From positions 6,138,001-6,202,000 of the forward strand of contig CATNEN010000002.1 of assembly GCA_950097015.1 (NCBI GenBank): a DNA stretch of 64,000 bases, in the 5' to 3' direction. Numbering within the stretch: the stretch's first letter is position 1; each line of letters starts with the position of its first letter. This DNA comes from Macrostomum hystrix. Taxonomy: Eukaryota; Animalia; Platyhelminthes. The notes beneath the pieces are model-generated. The model saw only the letters and a program-made list of their open reading frames with translations. It searched no databases and was not told the origin of the DNA. Both the position numbers and the translations under genes were made by a program. Of this stretch, positions 60,968 to 64,000 are shown one piece after another.

Positions 60968-61985
60968 TTTCAGTATTCAGGGTGTGGATTCCAGTATTCA
61001 GAGTGTGAATTCCAGTATTCAGGGTGTGAATTCCAGTATTCAGGGTGTGGGTTCCAGTATTCAGGGTATGGGTTCCCGTATTCAGGGTGTGGGTTCCAGT
61101 ATTTAGGGTGTGATTTTTAGTATTCAGGGTGTGGGTTCCAGTATTCGGGGTGTAGGTTCCAGTTTTCAGGGTGTGGGTTCCAGTATTCAGGGTGTGAATT
61201 CCAGTATTCAGGGTGTACGTTCCAGTATTCAGGGTATGGGTTCCAGTATTCAGGGTATGGATTCCAGTATTCATGGTGTGGATTCCAGTATTCAGAGTGT
61301 GAATTCCAGTATTCAGGGTGTGAATTCCAGTATTCAGGGTGTGGGTTCCAGTATTCAGGGTATGGGTTCCCGTATTCAGGGTGTGGGTTCCAGTATTTAG
61401 GGTGTGATTTTTAGTATTCAGGGTGTGGGTTCCAGTATTCGGGGTGTAGGTTCCAGTTTTCAGGGTGTGGGTTCCAGTATTCAGGGTGTGAATTCCAGTA
61501 TTCAGGGTGTACGTTCCAGTATTCAGGGTATGGGTTCCAGTATTCAGGGTATGGGTTCCCGTATTCAGGGTGTGGGTTCCAGTATTCAGGGTGTGGGTTC
61601 CAGTATTCAGGGTGTGAATTCCAGTATTCAGGGTGTACGTTCCAGTATTCAGGGTATGGGTTCCAGTATTCAGGGTATGGGTTCCCGTATTCAGGGTGTG
61701 GGTTCCAGTATTCAGGGTATGGGTTCCCGTATTCAGGGTGTGGGTTCCAGTATTTAGGGTGTGAGTTTCAGTATTCAGGGTGTGAGTTCCAGTATTCGGG
61801 GTGTAGGTTCCAGTATTCGGGGTGTTGGTTCCAGTATTCAGGGTGTGGGTTCCAGTATTCAGGGTGTGGGTTCCAGTATTCGGGGTGCTGGTTCCAGTAT
61901 TCAGGGTGTGGGTTCCAGTATTCAGGGTGTGGGTTCCAGTATTCGGGGTGTTGGTTCCAGTATTCAGGGCGTAGGTTTCAGTATC
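60968..61985. repeat. 21-bp minisatellite (ccagtattcagggtgtgggtt) with higher-order block duplication
   Basis: About 48 units; blocks starting at 61110 and 61404 are near-identical. Confidence 0.95.
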
Positions 61986-62014
61986 AAGGATCTGAATCTC
62001 TTTCCAGCATCAAT

Positions 62015-63488
62015 ATGACGGACATCCTGCCCAGCCACTCCATCACTGGTGGAGTGTTTTCTCCGCTGACTTTGTTTGAGTCCACCATCACCAATGCCCA
62101 GATGCTGGTTGAGTCCATGGCTGAGCGTGAGCTGTTCTCAGCTCTGCGCATCATCGGCAGCCTCCACAGTCACGTGGTACACGTCATGGAGCCCCGCTAC
62201 GGCCGGCTGTGCGAGCGAAGCGACCACCTCGCCGAGCTGGAAGCCTCCGGCATGGCCCAGACTGCCGCAGCCGCTGCTGAAGCGGCCGCTTCGTCTGCCA
62301 CTGTTAGCGGCGCCAGGCGTGTTGCTAAGGAGGAGAAGATCATGTCCAATTCACCACTGGCTGCTCAGCAGTCTTCTGTGCTCCACTCGGCACTGGGCAC
62401 CATAAAGGTTTGTTTGAGCTCACGCTTAGCATCTGAAGCAAATGTACACGTTTTTAGGCCATTTTCAATATTAGATTACTAATTTCTTGAGTAATTTATT
62501 AAATAATTAGAGGCTAGGCTAAACTCTTCTCCCCCACAACAACAGATGGAGAACTTTGAGTCGGCGGCGGCAGACTACGGTGAGCAGCACCTGCTGGAGG
62601 AGCCACCAACGGAGATCCTTGAAGAAGACGCCGACGATGAGATTGACGACGAAGATGATTGTGTCATCACCGACTATTTCGACGACAGCAGCTTCGGTGG
62701 CGGCGGGGTCGGCGGAATTGGAGGCTTCGGCCCGACCCCGTCCAAGATGCCGCGCTACGGCGGCGGTGGCGGAGGTGGCGGCGACAGTTCGATGCCCGCC
62801 GAGTGCAAGACCATCATGAGAAGAGCTTACAAGGCGTTGAAAGGGAATGGGCCGCATCTGTTTGACTTTAGCCTGCCGTGAGTTGCACTGAGTTTTAGTT
62901 TAACAATTCCTAGAATTCCGGTTAAATTGGGTTTTTCTTAGATTTGAGTGATGGAGTGGGATTTTAAGGACTGTGATGTTTTGGTTTTGAGTAAAGCAGT
63001 AGCATTTAGGTTAAGGAGTTGTTTGTGGGATTTGGGTTAAGGACTGGGATTTTTATGCTAGTGGGATTTCTAGAGAACTTTTATTAATGAGTCTGGGACT
63101 TATTCAGTTTTTAGTGAAATAAGTGTGACTTATTCGGATTTGTGGATAAAGAGTTGGATTTTGGCCACTGGGTTGAGTTGCTATAAATTTTTGGTCATGT
63201 AGTGGAAATTTAAAGGCTATTTGATTGAGAATTCAAGTAATGATTTTTAGGTAAAATTCGAGAACTATATTTAATCTAGAATAATGTAGACTTCTTAACT
63301 TGCTAGTGGACATTTCCATCATGAAGATAGGCATTGCCTAGCGCTTAGAAACAATCTGACTCTGTATTCCCGCTGTGCACCTGCCCCCAGTTTCTCCTCG
63401 GATCAGAACCAACGCGTTGCCGCACGAGTGACCGCAAAGGCCAAGGAGATGGCCCACGGCAAGGGCTGGCCTGAAGACATCTGGCAGA
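62015..63488 (+). CDS. C14orf93/DUF4616-like protein, paralog 2 (3' partial); exons 62015-62407, 62546-62877, 63391-63488, continues beyond the window
   Basis: FSPLTLFE.TITNAQML...EPRY and ECK...AYK..KGNGPHLFDFSL shared with paralog 1; 98-nt exon (FSSDQNQRVAARV..AKEM..W) with identical intron phases. Confidence 0.75.
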
Positions 63489-64000
63489 GTGAGTGGGCAG
63501 GTCTTTCCTCTGATATTTCTTTCATTCACCTTGAAAATAAGTTGCATTGACCAGTGTATTATGGGATCTGAGATATTTAAAACAGTCGGACAGACTGTAG
63601 AAATATTAATAGCACACAACGCAGTAGCAGCTTCCAAGAAGGCTGTGTCCTGCTGTCCATGGACTGTAGGGTAGGGATGGTCGCCAATCAAACCTAAATT
63701 TCCCCACCATTTGTTAATGGGCACCAATTTAGTTCCTTGAGAATGATGATTCAAACTACCGACAAAATTATAAGTCTATAATTTAGGAGTGTCGACATTT
63801 TATGTACTACTTAGGAATTTAGTAGTAATTGCTGTATTTGCTATTTTTTTATTATCTATCTGTGTATTTTTGCTTCCATACAAATTTTGTCAAGTCTGGA
63901 AACGTCGCAAGTGAAATGTGGATGTCTGAGATTACAAATCAAATAAAAAAAGCTGATAATTTACAATTCAGCAAATGCTTCACTATGCATTAATTAACTA

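Noticed and set aside
63338-63754. 138-aa minus-strand ORF
   Set aside because: It is the antisense shadow of the 98-nt plus-strand exon plus SINE remnant sequence

Overview
Eukaryotic (animal) genomic DNA with GT-AG introns, GC-rich exons and minisatellite-laden introns. It is most likely a Macrostomum-type flatworm; this is an inference from a near-match to the Macrostomum spliced-leader exon as I recall it and from splice acceptors sitting just before most start codons. Gene models were assembled by hand and checked for reading-frame continuity across introns. In order they are: RPP14-like (-), TMEM147 (+, 3 exons), an ankyrin-repeat + Mab-21/cGAS-like nucleotidyltransferase fusion (+, 3 exons, about 1090 aa), RPA1 (+, 6 exons), tRNA-Ser(GCT), hnRNP L-like (-, 5 exons), HEATR1/UTP10 (-, 12 exons), RNF139/RNF145 (TRC8)-like E3 ligase (-, 5 exons), and two tandem C14orf93/DUF4616-like paralogs (+, the second runs off the window). 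Non-coding DNA holds two tRNA-derived SINE families, several MITE/foldback elements and more than 12 minisatellite arrays. The best lead is the ankyrin-cGLR fusion, a candidate second-messenger immune sensor with an atypical catalytic motif. Other leads are an SL-like fragment in an RPA1 intron, a candidate trans-spliced operon (RNF139-HEATR1-hnRNPL), a TAGGCCTA palindrome confined to AT-rich gene 5' regions, and a hAT MITE that carries an expanding minisatellite. No database searches were run; all family calls come from motif recognition.
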